DNA of 64,000 nt from Vulcanimicrobiota bacterium (GTDB lineage Bacteria > Vulcanimicrobiota > Vulcanimicrobiia > Vulcanimicrobiales > Vulcanimicrobiaceae), in the NCBI GenBank assembly GCA_963714015.1, contig OY970223.1, forward strand, positions 2,880,001 to 2,944,000, read 5' to 3'. Below, in pieces: positions 28,004 through 38,645 of the stretch. The notes beneath the pieces are model-generated. The model did not search any database, had not been told where the DNA came from, and saw only the letters and a list, made by a program, of their open reading frames with translations. How positions within the stretch are numbered: position 1 is the stretch's first letter; the number at the start of each line of letters is the position of its first letter. Both the position numbers and the translations under genes were made by a program.

Positions 28004-28512
28004 AGCGCGGCGTCTTTTGCCGATAGAACCGGCGCGGCGCCCTCGAGCGGCCAATCGATGCCGATCCCCGGGTCGCGCCAACTAATTGCGCGCTCTTGCG
28101 AAGGATCGTAGAGTGCGGTCTGCTTGTAGAGCACGATCGCGCGATCGCTCGAGACGTAGAATCCATGCGCGAATCCGGGCGGCACGAAGATCTGAAAGTG
28201 ATTTTCTCCGCTTAGTTCCAGACTTATCCACTGCTTGTACGTCGGCGAACCTTCGCGCATGTCGACGATCGCATCGAAGATCCGGCCGTCCAAGCATTGG
28301 ACGAGTTTCGCCATACGCAAATCGTAGTGCATTCCGCGCAAGACCCCTTTGCGCGAAACCGAGACGTTATCCTGAACGAATCGGCCGCTTACCCCTAACT
28401 GCGCGTACTTCAGTTCGGAAAACGTTTCCTTGAAGTAGCCGCGGTCGTCGTGAAACACTTCCGGGACCAGGATGACGACGCCCGGAAACTTCGTTTGCCG
28501 CGTCTCCAACAT
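28000..28512 (-). CDS. rfbC: dTDP-4-dehydrorhamnose 3,5-epimerase
   Basis: DDRGYF, FVQDNVSVSRKGVLRGMH, PPGFAHGF. Confidence 0.93.
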   Translation of the reverse strand: MLETRQTKFPGVVILVPEVFHDDRGYFKETFSELKYAQLGVSGRFVQDNVSVSRKGVLRGMHYDLRMAKLVQCLDGRIFDAIVDMREGSPTYKQWISLELSGENHFQIFVPPGFAHGFYVSSDRAIVLYKQTALYDPSQERAISWRDPGIGIDWPLEGAAPVLSAKDAAL

Positions 28513-28528
28513 CGAGGGCACCTGTTCG

Positions 28529-29656
28529 CTAAAAGAACTCGAAACCCGCGTCGAGCGCGGCATAGGCGAGTAAACCACCCCGTAAGTGCGTAATGCGCCG
28601 GAAACCGGCATCGCGCAGCAACTGTGCCGCCCACAGCGACTTAGCGCCGACCCGGCATGCAACCACGTAGGTTTTTGCCGTATCCAATTCGTGTACTCGC
28701 GCCGGAAGCTGCGAGGCGGGGATATGAACTGCGTCCGGGATGACGCCCAGCACCGCTTCGTGCGGTTCGCGCACGTCCAGCAGTGTCGCGGAGTCAAGTA
28801 GTTCTTTGAGGCCGCCGGCATCTACCTCGTCCACGCCGTCCAAAAGAACCGGCTCCGAATCCGGTTCCAGCGCTGCTTCGGTAATTACGGCGTTCGTTCC
28901 GCAGAGCGCGCACGAGCTGTCGCTTTCAATGGCTATTTCACGAACGCGCGCGCCCAGCGCGTCGATCAGCATCACACGTCCGACGAGCGGATCGCCGATT
29001 CCGAGAATCAGCTTGAGCGCTTCGCTCGCTTGCCACGTTCCGACAATGCCCGCTAGAACGCCCAACACTCCGCCCTCGGCGCACGTCGGCACGCTGCCCG
29101 CCGGCGGTGCTTGCGGGAAGAGGCAGCGATAGCACGGGCCTTTCCCGCGCCAAAAAACGCTCACTTGTCCGTCGAAGCGGAAGATCGAACCATAGACGTC
29201 CGGCTTGCCTTCCAGTGCGCACGCGTCGTTGATCAAGTACCGCGTCTCAAACCTATCGGTGCAGTCGATCGTCACGTCGTAGAGCCGGATAAGGTCGCGA
29301 GCGTTCGAGGGATCGAAGCGGACGGCGATCGGATCCGCATTTACGAGCGGATTGATTTCCGTGACTCGGCGCGCCGACACTGCCGCCTTGGATTGGCCGA
29401 CGTCGGAAGTCGCGTAGATTGTCTGCCGCTGCAGATTGCTTTCGTCGACTTCGTCGTCGTCGACGATGCCGATGCGTCCGACGCCGGCAGCAGCGAGATA
29501 CTGCAGTACGGGCGATCCCAGGCCGCCGGCGCCGATGCACAAAACGCGCGCGTCCGCGAGCCGCTCTTGCCCCTGCACGCCAACCTCCGGAATCAGCAGA
29601 TGGCGGCTGTACCGTCGAAGTCCGCGAATCAGCGGGGATGCCGTGCGTTCAGCCAT
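28529..29656 (-). CDS. moeB: Molybdopterin-synthase adenylyltransferase with rhodanese domain
   Basis: RYSRHLLIPE, GAGGLGSP, SNLQRQ, CYRCLF, C-terminal rhodanese. Confidence 0.93.
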   Translation of the reverse strand: MAERTASPLIRGLRRYSRHLLIPEVGVQGQERLADARVLCIGAGGLGSPVLQYLAAAGVGRIGIVDDDEVDESNLQRQTIYATSDVGQSKAAVSARRVTEINPLVNADPIAVRFDPSNARDLIRLYDVTIDCTDRFETRYLINDACALEGKPDVYGSIFRFDGQVSVFWRGKGPCYRCLFPQAPPAGSVPTCAEGGVLGVLAGIVGTWQASEALKLILGIGDPLVGRVMLIDALGARVREIAIESDSSCALCGTNAVITEAALEPDSEPVLLDGVDEVDAGGLKELLDSATLLDVREPHEAVLGVIPDAVHIPASQLPARVHELDTAKTYVVACRVGAKSLWAAQLLRDAGFRRITHLRGGLLAYAALDAGFEFF

Positions 29657-30345
29657 TGGAGCACCTCGGCGCGAGCGTTTTCGCCTGCATTGGTGTGATC
29701 GCTCTCGATGGTGACGAAGCTCTTGGGGTCGGGCGCACGATGATAGAGATCTTCGACGCTGCGCGCGCTGACCATCGCATCGCGCGAGGCAGCAACGTAG
29801 AGCTGCGGCCGCCCGGCCAAGCGGGGGAGCGCAGCATCGAAACGCGCGTCCGCGTGACGAATCAAATCCGGTAAGGCTTGCCCTTGGACGTAGGACGATC
29901 GAAAATCGGTGACGCCCTTTCCTTGCAAGGCGTCAATCGCCGTCGGCCTCCCAAAGCCGGTAGCAATCGCGATGACTCCCTCGACGCGCCGATCCTCCGC
30001 GGCGGTGAAGATTGCCGTCATTGCGCCCATACTATGTCCTAATACGTAGATAGGCTCGCTTGCGCGCGAAGTGGCGAAATCGACTGCGCACGTCATTGCG
30101 TCGACGAGATCGTCGATGCCGCGCAGCGTGCCGCCGCTCGCGCCGAGCTTGTGACCCGGAAAATCCAGACTGAACACGGCATAGCCGTGACTCGCCAAGA
30201 AATGACAGAGAAAATCGAGATTATGCTTGGAACTGGAGTATCCGTGTCCGGCGACGATGCTCACTCCGCGCGCGCGGCGCGGAGCATACGAAAGAAGCGC
30301 AACCGGATTGTTCTCAGCTCGAAGATGATGCAGATCGACAGTCAT
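29629..30345 (-). CDS. Alpha/beta hydrolase
   Basis: GHGY, GHSMG, SDH. Confidence 0.88.
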   Translation of the reverse strand: MTVDLHHLRAENNPVALLSYAPRRARGVSIVAGHGYSSSKHNLDFLCHFLASHGYAVFSLDFPGHKLGASGGTLRGIDDLVDAMTCAVDFATSRASEPIYVLGHSMGAMTAIFTAAEDRRVEGVIAIATGFGRPTAIDALQGKGVTDFRSSYVQGQALPDLIRHADARFDAALPRLAGRPQLYVAASRDAMVSARSVEDLYHRAPDPKSFVTIESDHTNAGENARAEVLQWLNARHPR

Positions 30346-30754
30346 TCTCGCGCCATTCGCTCGTTCCGTCTCCGTAGCGCTCGCGCTTCCAGATCGGCGC
30401 GCGCATTTTCAATTCGTCGATGACGTACTCGCACGCATCGAACGCCTCGGCTCGATGAGGGCTCGAAACGGCAACGGCGACCGCGACTTCACCGACGTCT
30501 AAATCGCCGACCCGGTGTACGACCACAACATTCAGAGCGCCGAACCGGCCGCGCGCTTCCCCTGCGATCCGCTCGAACTCTGCAATCGCCATTTCCTCGT
30601 GCGCTTCGTAGGATAGCCCGACGACCGCGCGCCCGTCGTCCGAACGATCGCGCACGACGCCGGCGAACGTTACGACCGCGCCGCACGCGTCATTACCCGC
30701 TTCGCGCGCCACCTCGGCGGTGTCGATCTCCGAACGAACGACGGCAAACATCAA
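30314..30754 (-). CDS. moaE: Molybdopterin synthase catalytic subunit
   Basis: GAVVTFAGVVR, HRVG, HRAEAF, PIWKRE. Confidence 0.95.
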   Translation of the reverse strand: MMFAVVRSEIDTAEVAREAGNDACGAVVTFAGVVRDRSDDGRAVVGLSYEAHEEMAIAEFERIAGEARGRFGALNVVVVHRVGDLDVGEVAVAVAVSSPHRAEAFDACEYVIDELKMRAPIWKRERYGDGTSEWRENDCRSASSSS

Positions 30755-30996
30755 CCGCCCCCGACCGGCGGCAGCAGCGCCACCTCGTCGCCTTGTGCCA
30801 GAGGAGCGTCAAACGAGACGAGCCTGCCGTTGCGCGCAACGCGAGTAGAGTCGGTCATAGGTTCCAGCTCGGGATAGGAATCTGCGAGCATGCGCCAGAG
30901 ATCCCGAACGCTGCTGCCGGTTTCCAATTCCATCGTTCGCGAACCGGCACCGATGAGTTCGCGCAACCGCGCAAAAGCCACTATCGTGACGCGCAC
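30751..30996 (-). CDS. moaD: Molybdopterin synthase sulfur carrier
   Basis: FARLRE...GDEVALLPPVGGG. Confidence 0.93.
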   Translation of the reverse strand: MRVTIVAFARLRELIGAGSRTMELETGSSVRDLWRMLADSYPELEPMTDSTRVARNGRLVSFDAPLAQGDEVALLPPVGGG

Positions 30997-31001
30997 GCGC
31001 G

Positions 31002-31256
31002 CTAGTAGCCGCCCAAGTCCGTCGTGTAACCGCGCTCCGCCAGCCATTGCCGAGAGGATTCGTGCATGGAAAGCGTGTCGATGCGATTGCAGACGATCTT
31101 GTGGAGCAGTACCTCCCAAAAGTGCTGATCTTTCGCGTAGACGTCGTCAGGGATCTGATTCTGCTCGCGTGCGAATTCACGCAGCCCTTGCCAATCGTGC
31201 GTTTCGAGCATTGCGCGCAGCCGTGCGTCGTATTCCGGCGAAGGCGAGGCCTGCAT
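31002..31256 (-). CDS. Small hypothetical protein
   Basis: 84-aa ORF packed in the operon. Confidence 0.7.
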   Translation of the reverse strand: MQASPSPEYDARLRAMLETHDWQGLREFAREQNQIPDDVYAKDQHFWEVLLHKIVCNRIDTLSMHESSRQWLAERGYTTDLGGY

Positions 31257-32070
31257 CAGGCGGGTTTCTTTTGACCGCGTCCCTGATCGAGGGCGAACCG
31301 TTCGATCGCGAGCGCCACGCCGTCCTCGTCGTTGGTGCGGGTCACGTACCGAACAGATTGCTGGACTTCGGGCAGCGCATTACCCATTGCGACGCCCAAG
31401 CCTGCCCAGCGAAGCATCGGAACGTCGTTGCGCGAATCGCCGACGGCCATCACGCTCTCCGCGGGGATTTGGAAGTCTGCGCAAAGGCGCGCCAGAGCGC
31501 GCTGCTTGGTCGCTTCGCGGCTCGTTACCGCACATTCGACGAAGTTGAGCCAGTTTTCGTATTTGAAATGAAGCGGCCAGTCGCCGAAACGGCGCTGCAT
31601 CGCCTGGACGGACGGTTCGCCCAGAAAGCGGATGAACGTGGGCGCGGTACGCATTACGTCTTGAAACGTTCGTACTTCACGCCAAGCCGGCCCCGTCATG
31701 TCGTCCATATGGAGCTTGCTGCCTTCGAGCCGGTAAAAAGTCTCTTCGGAATAAAGCGCGAGCGAGAGCCCTTCCTGTTCGGCAAACTCGACCATCGGTT
31801 TGGCGAACTGCATCGGAACCGGAATGTGCCCGAGCGTCCGATTGGCGAGAAAGTCTTTCGTCAGCGCCCCGTGACAGCAAATGATCGGCAGATTGAGTCC
31901 GACTCTTTGCTGACGCGAATCGGCGTATCCACGCCGCGCCCTGTCACGAGAACGATACGGATTCCGCGATCCAGCGCCGCCTTAATGGCGCGCCGGCTGC
32001 GGGGCGTAATCTGCTCGCTCGAATCGAGCAGCGTGCCGTCCAAATCCAGTGCAATCAAGTCTAAGGGCAT
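31256..32070 (-). CDS. Cof-type HAD-IIB hydrolase (several frameshifts 31820-31910)
   Basis: [23 protein letters not shown]...AMGNA, NDEDGVA. Confidence 0.85.
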
Positions 32071-32164
32071 CCAATTCATCCTATACCGCGTGTCAATCGT
32101 CATTTCTTACTGTCGGCAGACCGCTTGCGGGAGTCGAACGGGCTGCGCCAAACGTTACACGTAC

Positions 32165-32557
32165 ATGGAAGGCCGCCCACTCCTCGCTGCGGCTCTGGCG
32201 CTCTGCCTGCAAGGCTCCGCCCCCGCGCAACCTGCAAACCGGTGCACCCGCGAAACGCTTTCCGTCCGCGGAACGGCCGTCAGCGCCGCATATTGCGTCA
32301 CTTCAACGGAAGCCGCCTCCGCAGGGCACGAGCTGCCGGTTCGCGTCGCCGAGACCTACTCCACGCCCCGAACCTCGTTCTCTCAGGAGGCGACGTTGCG
32401 GTTCATCGCCGGCGAAGAAGCCTCACGGGTCATCGAGGACCTGAGCCTGGATCGGCTCGGCCTGGAAGGGACGCTCCATCTAACCTTGGTGCTGCGAGGG
32501 GGACTCGTCCATATCGACAGCGCCATGCTTACCCCGGGCGCCGTAACGATCAAGTGA
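32165..32557 (+). CDS. Secreted hypothetical protein
   Basis: MEGRPLLAAALALCLQG signal, beta-rich body (3' end of ORF 30890..32557). Confidence 0.65.
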   Translation: MEGRPLLAAALALCLQGSAPAQPANRCTRETLSVRGTAVSAAYCVTSTEAASAGHELPVRVAETYSTPRTSFSQEATLRFIAGEEASRVIEDLSLDRLGLEGTLHLTLVLRGGLVHIDSAMLTPGAVTIK

Positions 32558-32680
32558 CGGCCGGGTGAAACCCGACGGCCGAATCGGGGTATTTTGACTC
32601 TCTGATGCGGCGACGCTATATCGCTTTCAACATGTCCAAAATCCCCGACGGCTGTCGGGGCTAGGAGTCATTGCTGCCAA

Positions 32681-34118
32681 ATGGCCTGTCAGGCTTATTC
32701 ACCGAATCTCACGGCTCGTGAGCAAGCGCGCTACCTTTACGAAGCGATTCCGCCCGGCCTCTTTAAAGTGGAGACCGAGGAAGAACGAATCCCGTGGCGC
32801 GTAAGTCCCGAGCCGTTTGCATTGTCGGAGCGGACGCTGCAGCAAATCGAGGCGGTCGGCCCCGACTTGGTCGCGTTCTATAAGGCACTCAACTCGCTGT
32901 ATAACCGGAGCGTTCGCGGGACGGCGCCAGCCTTTATTGCGGAGTATCTCGACCGCGGAAAGCCCGAACACATCATTCGTCTGGCGCGGCAAAACCGCTT
33001 CAGGCAAGAGATTCCCGGAGTAATTCGCCCCGACTTGATTTTGACCGACGGCGGTTTCATCGCAAGCGAGGCTCGACAGCGTACCCGGGGGAATGGGTTT
33101 CGTCGGCGCCATGGGCGAGGCGTACTGTCGCCTGGGCATGGAGAGCGTCGGCGGCGCGGGCGGCATTCCCGAAGGATTCTCCGCGATGCTCGAAGCGGCA
33201 ACGGGCAAAGCTCGGCCTTCGGTAGCGGTCGTGGTCTCCGACGAATCAGGCGATTATCGATCCGAGATGCGCTGGCTCGCGCAGGCGATTGAAGATGCCG
33301 GACTGCTGACCGCATATGTGGTCACGCCCAGCGACGTCGTTTTCACCGAGGAAGCGCTGTTCGTGCGTTTGGAAGGCGGACGCGAAGAGAAAATCGACGC
33401 GATCTACCGCAACTTCGAGCTTTTCGATCTGATGAACGTTCCCAAACAGGAGCTGATGCTGTACGCAGCCCGGCACAACCGCGTGAAAATCACCCCGCCG
33501 CCGAAAGCGCAGCTCGAAGAGAAGTCCGCGTTTGCGCTCTTTCATCATCCCGCGCTTGTGAAGCTCTGGCAGGGGGAATTGGGCAAAGAAGTCTTTGGGA
33601 GACTGCAGAAGCTTTTTCCGAAAACCTGGATCGTCGATCCGCGCCCGCTTCCGCCGCAAGGGGTCATCTACGGATTGGAAGCATCGGGAACGCCGGTCAG
33701 CGATTGGATGCAGCTTGCGGAGCTCGGCAAAAGCGAACGCGACTACGTCGTCAAACCGTCGGGTTTCTCCGAGCTCGCGTGGGGTTCGCGCGGAGTGCGC
33801 GTCGCAAACGATCTCACGAAAGAGGAATGGATCGCGACACTGGAAGAAGCGATGCGCGAGTTCGAACGCACGCCGCGCATTCTGCAGCGTTTTCACAAAG
33901 GCAAACGCGTGCGGCAGCAGTACTTCGATCCGAAAACCGAGGAATTGCGTCAATTCGACGGGCGCGTGCGGCTTTGTCCTTACTACTTCGTCACGGGAGC
34001 CGACAGCGTAAAGCTGGGCGGAATCCTCGCGACGGTTGCGCCGGCGGACAAACGCCTGATCCACGGCATGAGCGACGCCGTCATGGCGCCGTGCATCGTC
34101 AAGTCCGACGGCTGGTAA
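32681..34118 (+). CDS. Circularly permuted ATP-grasp / glutathionylspermidine-synthase-like ligase (frameshift ~33070)
   Basis: VIRPDLIL..E(L)DSVPGG, IYRNFELFD, YVVKPSGFS..AWGSRGV, ILQRF, RVRLCPYY. Confidence 0.7.
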
Positions 34119-34130
34119 TGCGCAGTTATC

Positions 34131-35243
34131 GTGAGCAGCGACGTCGTGCCCAAGCACGATGAGCGCTCGATCGCGCTACAGCGCAGATGTAAGAAATTTC
34201 TGGGCCATGCGCCGTCGACTGCGCGGCGGCAACTGCTCAGGGCTGCAGAGGCTGCGGGAGAGGACGAGTACCCCGACCGCTATGGCGCCGGCGAACTGCT
34301 CGAGTCCTTCGAAAACCGGATCGCGCAGCTTCTCGACAAAGAGTCCGCCGTCTTCATGCCGAGTGGGACGATGGCGCAGCAGATCGCGCTACGAATCCAT
34401 GCGGAAGATCGCGCTACTTCTGCGGTCGCGCTGCACCCGCTCAGCCATCTGCTCGTTTCGGAAGCCGGCGCTCTGGAAGCACTCCAGGGGCTGCAGGTAG
34501 TTCCGGTTGGAAGCCCATTCGGCTTAGCGTCCCTCTCGGACTTCACAAGCCTCAAAGATCCGCTTGCCGCGGTGCTGATCGAGTTGCCCGAACGAAACCT
34601 CGGCGGTGCGCTTAGGCCGTGGAGTGAAGTGGAATCCATCTGCGAATGGGCAAGGTCCATCGGCGCGGCCGCGCATCTGGACGGCGCCCGGATCTGGGAA
34701 TGCACGCCGTTTTACGATCGTACTCCAGCCGAGATCGCCGCTCCGTTCGACACAGTTTACGTTTCGTTTTACAAAGCTCTGGGAGCAATTGCGGGAGCGG
34801 CCCTTGCGGGTCCCAAGACGATCGTCGATCGCGCACGCGTTTGGCAATGGCGCCATGGCGGGCGCCTTGTGCAGCAGCATCCCATGATATTATCCGCGCG
34901 AGCCGGCCTGCAACAATACTTGCCGCGTATCCCGCTTTATTGCAACCGCGCACGAGAGATCGCAGAAGTGCTGGGGGCGTTCGAGGATCTTCAAATCGTA
35001 CCGAATCCGCCCCCGGCCAACATGATGCACGTGTACATCCGGGGCGACGCAGTTGCGTTGACCGAGCGCGCACTGGCGGCCGCCGAGCGAACGAGTCTAT
35101 GGGTGTTCGGATCGCTGAACGCGACGCAGATGCCTGACCTGCACATGTTCGAGATCCACTGTGCCGAAGGTTCGCTCGACGTTAGCGATGACGAAATCCG
35201 CGCCTGGTTCGATCTGGTCCTGCTGCTTTACGGCGGCGAGTAA
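34131..35243 (+). CDS. ltaE: Low-specificity L-threonine aldolase family
   Basis: FMPSGTMAQ, HLDGARIW, YVSFYKALG. Confidence 0.85.
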   Translation: MSSDVVPKHDERSIALQRRCKKFLGHAPSTARRQLLRAAEAAGEDEYPDRYGAGELLESFENRIAQLLDKESAVFMPSGTMAQQIALRIHAEDRATSAVALHPLSHLLVSEAGALEALQGLQVVPVGSPFGLASLSDFTSLKDPLAAVLIELPERNLGGALRPWSEVESICEWARSIGAAAHLDGARIWECTPFYDRTPAEIAAPFDTVYVSFYKALGAIAGAALAGPKTIVDRARVWQWRHGGRLVQQHPMILSARAGLQQYLPRIPLYCNRAREIAEVLGAFEDLQIVPNPPPANMMHVYIRGDAVALTERALAAAERTSLWVFGSLNATQMPDLHMFEIHCAEGSLDVSDDEIRAWFDLVLLLYGGE

Positions 35244-35273
35244 CTGCTTAAGATCAGAACGTTTCGATGCGCC

Positions 35274-35933
35274 TCACTGCCGCGTTACCGTGACTCCCTG
35301 AGTCGGAAACTCGAGCAGATCGACCAGCATCGTCTTGGGGTCGTACCAGAGCGTAAACGGCATAGGCTGAGAGACGCTCAGCGACGCGTCGCCGGCCGGA
35401 ACGGTTTTCGGACGCGCAGGCGAAGCGGCTGACGCGTCCGGCGCAATCGTTATTCCGGAACCCATCGCCGGCACGATGGCGGTCGCCGGAGTCTGGTTCC
35501 AGGCGCGCATCTGCGCGGGCAAAGCGAACCAGCCGCTGAACGGACCCATGTCGAGCACGACGAAGTGCTTGGCTTCCTGCGCCAAGTCATACGATCGCTG
35601 AACCACGTCGCCGGTTTGAGTTACGGTGTTTCCGTTGAAGTTCAGCGCCATGTTGACGGGGCGCCCTTGCAAGTCCGCGTTTGCGGTGTAAGCGACCGGC
35701 GAAAGCTGCGCCGGATCGAGCGTCAACGTATCGCTTACCGTTCCTTGTTGACCGTTGTAAGTTCCGCCGCCCTGTTCGCTCAGCACGACGCTTTTCGCGT
35801 CGTGTTTGACGGTAATCACCGTCTTGCCGAGCGCAGTGCCGTTCATCGCCGAAACGTAAGTGTACGTGCCGTCGGCCGGCGTCGCTGGAGCGCCCTGCGT
35901 TGCAGCGGTAAGAGCGAGAATTAGTGCGTGCAT
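35274..35933 (-). CDS. Secreted beta-rich hypothetical protein
   Basis: Short signal, PADGTYTY..., LWYDP. Confidence 0.7.
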   Translation of the reverse strand: MHALILALTAATQGAPATPADGTYTYVSAMNGTALGKTVITVKHDAKSVVLSEQGGGTYNGQQGTVSDTLTLDPAQLSPVAYTANADLQGRPVNMALNFNGNTVTQTGDVVQRSYDLAQEAKHFVVLDMGPFSGWFALPAQMRAWNQTPATAIVPAMGSGITIAPDASAASPARPKTVPAGDASLSVSQPMPFTLWYDPKTMLVDLLEFPTQGVTVTRQ

Positions 35934-37070
35934 GCTTCTTCCTTTTCGTAGCGGCGGACTGCGTCGACGAGGCGATCGATCTCTGCCGGTGTATTGTAGC
36001 CGTGCGGTGCGACGCGTATTCCCGAAGGCCGAAAGGTGGTAACGATCCCGGCATCTTGAAGCGCCCTCCCGAGCGCTACCGGGTCCGTATCGCGCAGGCT
36101 AAACGTTACGATTCCCGACGATTCGCCCGGAGCACGCATCGATGCAACCTGCGCGCCGCACGCCTTTAAACCCTCGACGAGCCGATCGGTCAGCATCAGA
36201 ACGTGCCGGGCGATCCGTTCGGTTCCAGCCGCCTCAAGTACGGCGATGGACTCCGCAAGGGAAAGCGCCCCCGCAAATACCGGCGTGCCGCCTTCAAACC
36301 GGGTCGCATCGGACGAGAACGGCTGGTCGTAATTGAGGAAGTCCCACATATCCGCAGCCGATCGCCAGCCCGGAGCCGCCAGGCGCAGCCGATCGATCAG
36401 CCGGGGCCGCACGTACAGAAAACTGACGCCCTGGAGTGCGAGCATCCACTTTGCGCCCCCGCAGTAAAGCGCGTCGATATCGAGCGCTTGCACGTCCATC
36501 GGAAAGGCGCCGAGAGCTTGGATTGCGTCCACGCAGAAGAGCGCGCCCCCCTCGTGCGCCACCTCGGCGAGCGCCTGGAGATCGTGACGATAGCCGTCCT
36601 CGAACGACACCCACGACACACTGACGGCTTTCGTACGCGACGTCATTCGCGATCGCAGCACGTCCGCCGTAAGACGTTCGCGCTGCGTGGCGACAAAGTC
36701 AACGTCCGCGCCGAAATCGCGCACGCGAAGCCAGGGATACACGTTCGCGGGAAATTCGTTATCCGGCAGCAGCACCGAATCGCCGGACTTCCACTGCAAC
36801 CCGGCGCAGACGACGTTGGCGCCCTCTCCGGTGTTGCGCAGAATTGCGATCGTGCCCGGCTCGGCGCCGATGAAGCGCGCAATCGCCTTGCGGTATTCGG
36901 GCATGCGAAGCTCGTACGGGGCGACGCCTGCCACTCCACCCGTCGCTTGGGCATCGACGAAAGCGTGCAGAGCCTCGCGCGTCGGACGCGGAAGCACCCC
37001 GACTGCAGCATGGTTGAGATACGTGAGTTTTTCGGTAACCGCGAAGAGGCTCGCGTGCGAGGGCGGTCAA
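35921..37070 (-). CDS. Class V PLP aminotransferase (frameshift near start)
   Basis: YLNHAAVG, NTGEG, VDAIQALG, GAKWML, RFEGGT, RVAPHGYN. Confidence 0.88.
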
Positions 37071-37702
37071 GCGGTCCCGATCATCTCCTTGGTGTGCCAC
37101 GCGATGTTGTTTGCGCGGTCTCCCACTCGCTCGAGCGCGGCCAGCACGAAGAGAATCCGCGTCCCGGCCCTCACGAGCTCCGGATCGGCTTGCATCTCCT
37201 CTTGCAGCACTTTTACGCCGCGTTTGTACAGCCGGTCGACTTCGTCGTCCTCTGCTATGACTTGCTCGGCAAGATTCGAATCGCGTTCGGTATAGGCGCG
37301 CATCGCTTCAAGCAAAATACGGTGGGCCACACTCGCAATACGATCGATTTCCACGCGCGCGGGACGGAGCGGAACGTCGGCGAGCTTGATGCCGTGCTTG
37401 GCTATGTCGACCGCGTAATCTCCAACGCGCTCGAGGTCGGTGGCGATTTCGAGCATCGCAGCCACCTCTCGCAGTTCGCCGGCCACCGGCTGTTGGCGCC
37501 AAATCAACTCGATGCACGACGCCTCGACCTTGCGACGTAAGTCGTCGATGACGTCGTCACCGGCTACCACGCGGGCACCCGCGGCCGAGTCTCGCCGCTC
37601 CAGCGCTTCTACGGAGATACGTATGGCGTCGGCCACGAGCGCGCCGAGCCGGACGACGTCCAGGCGAGTGGATTCGAGAGCTTCGTGATAAGCAGTACGC
37701 AC
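37067..37702 (-). CDS. phoU: Phosphate signalling protein PhoU
   Basis: QQPVAGELR, DLERVGDYA, LERVGDRANNIA. Confidence 0.95.
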   Translation of the reverse strand: MRTAYHEALESTRLDVVRLGALVADAIRISVEALERRDSAAGARVVAGDDVIDDLRRKVEASCIELIWRQQPVAGELREVAAMLEIATDLERVGDYAVDIAKHGIKLADVPLRPARVEIDRIASVAHRILLEAMRAYTERDSNLAEQVIAEDDEVDRLYKRGVKVLQEEMQADPELVRAGTRILFVLAALERVGDRANNIAWHTKEMIGTA

Positions 37703-37787
37703 CGCCCTAGTATAGCCGCAAAGGTTCGGGCCACGCAATTAGACAACATTTTGCCCGCTTTCAACCTGGCCGAAGGGAGCTTTTCAC

Positions 37788-38645
37788 TTGCCCGATATTC
37801 GAAAAGTCGGCGTCTGCGGCGCCGGACTCATGGGAAACGGCATCGCGCAAACGTGCGCGAGCGCCGGTTTCGACGTCGTCCTGATGGAGGTGGCGCAAGC
37901 GCCGCTCGAGCGCGGCATGCAGAACGTCACCAAGTCGCTCGACAAGTTCGTCGAGAAGCAGAAGCTTTCGACTCAAGAGCGCGATCGCATATTAAGCCGC
38001 ATCAAACCCACGACCGACGTCAACGACATGAAGGACTGCAACTTGGTCATCGAGGCGATCGTCGAGAACGTTCAAGTCAAGACCCAGCTTTTTCAACAGC
38101 TCGACGACTTGCTCGCTCCCGATGGGATCATCTGCACCAATACGTCCAGCCTCTGCGTCATCGAGTTGGCCGCGAAAACAAAGCGTCCGAATCGCGTCGC
38201 CGGTTTGCATTTCTTCAACCCCGTTCCGATCATGAAATTGGTCGAAGTGGTAAAGACGATCGCCACGACCGATGACGTCGTCGAAACGCTCTTCGAGTTC
38301 GCGCGCAGACTCGGCAAAGAGCCCATTCTGGCCAAAGACACGACCGGATTCGTCGTGAACCGCTTACTCGTGCCGTACCTGCTTTATGCAATACGCGTCT
38401 ATGAAGAAGGCCTCGCGAGTAAGGAGGACATCGACAAGGGCATGAAGCTCGGCTGCGGTCATCCGATGGGACCGCTCGAGCTGCTCGACTTCGTGGGCCT
38501 GGACACGACGTACTACATCGCGCAGATCATGTTCGACGAGTTCAAAGACCCGATGATGGCGCCGCCTCTGCTGCTCAAGCGCATGGTGCTCGCCGGCCGC
38601 TACGGCCGCAAGACCGGAAAGGGCTTCTATGACTACGCCAACTAG
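37788..38645 (+). CDS. hbd: 3-hydroxybutyryl-CoA dehydrogenase
   Basis: GAGLMGNGIA, EAIVEN, NTSS, GLHFFNP, HPMGP. Confidence 0.92.
   Translation: MPDIRKVGVCGAGLMGNGIAQTCASAGFDVVLMEVAQAPLERGMQNVTKSLDKFVEKQKLSTQERDRILSRIKPTTDVNDMKDCNLVIEAIVENVQVKTQLFQQLDDLLAPDGIICTNTSSLCVIELAAKTKRPNRVAGLHFFNPVPIMKLVEVVKTIATTDDVVETLFEFARRLGKEPILAKDTTGFVVNRLLVPYLLYAIRVYEEGLASKEDIDKGMKLGCGHPMGPLELLDFVGLDTTYYIAQIMFDEFKDPMMAPPLLLKRMVLAGRYGRKTGKGFYDYAN

Noticed and set aside
30890..32164. Long + strand ORF (555 aa)
   Set aside because: Antisense shadow of the HAD/moaD genes; only 32165-32557 looks real. The same applies to 13739..14977, 24680..25933, 36203..37540, 51894..53198 and the 5' part of 43007..44830.
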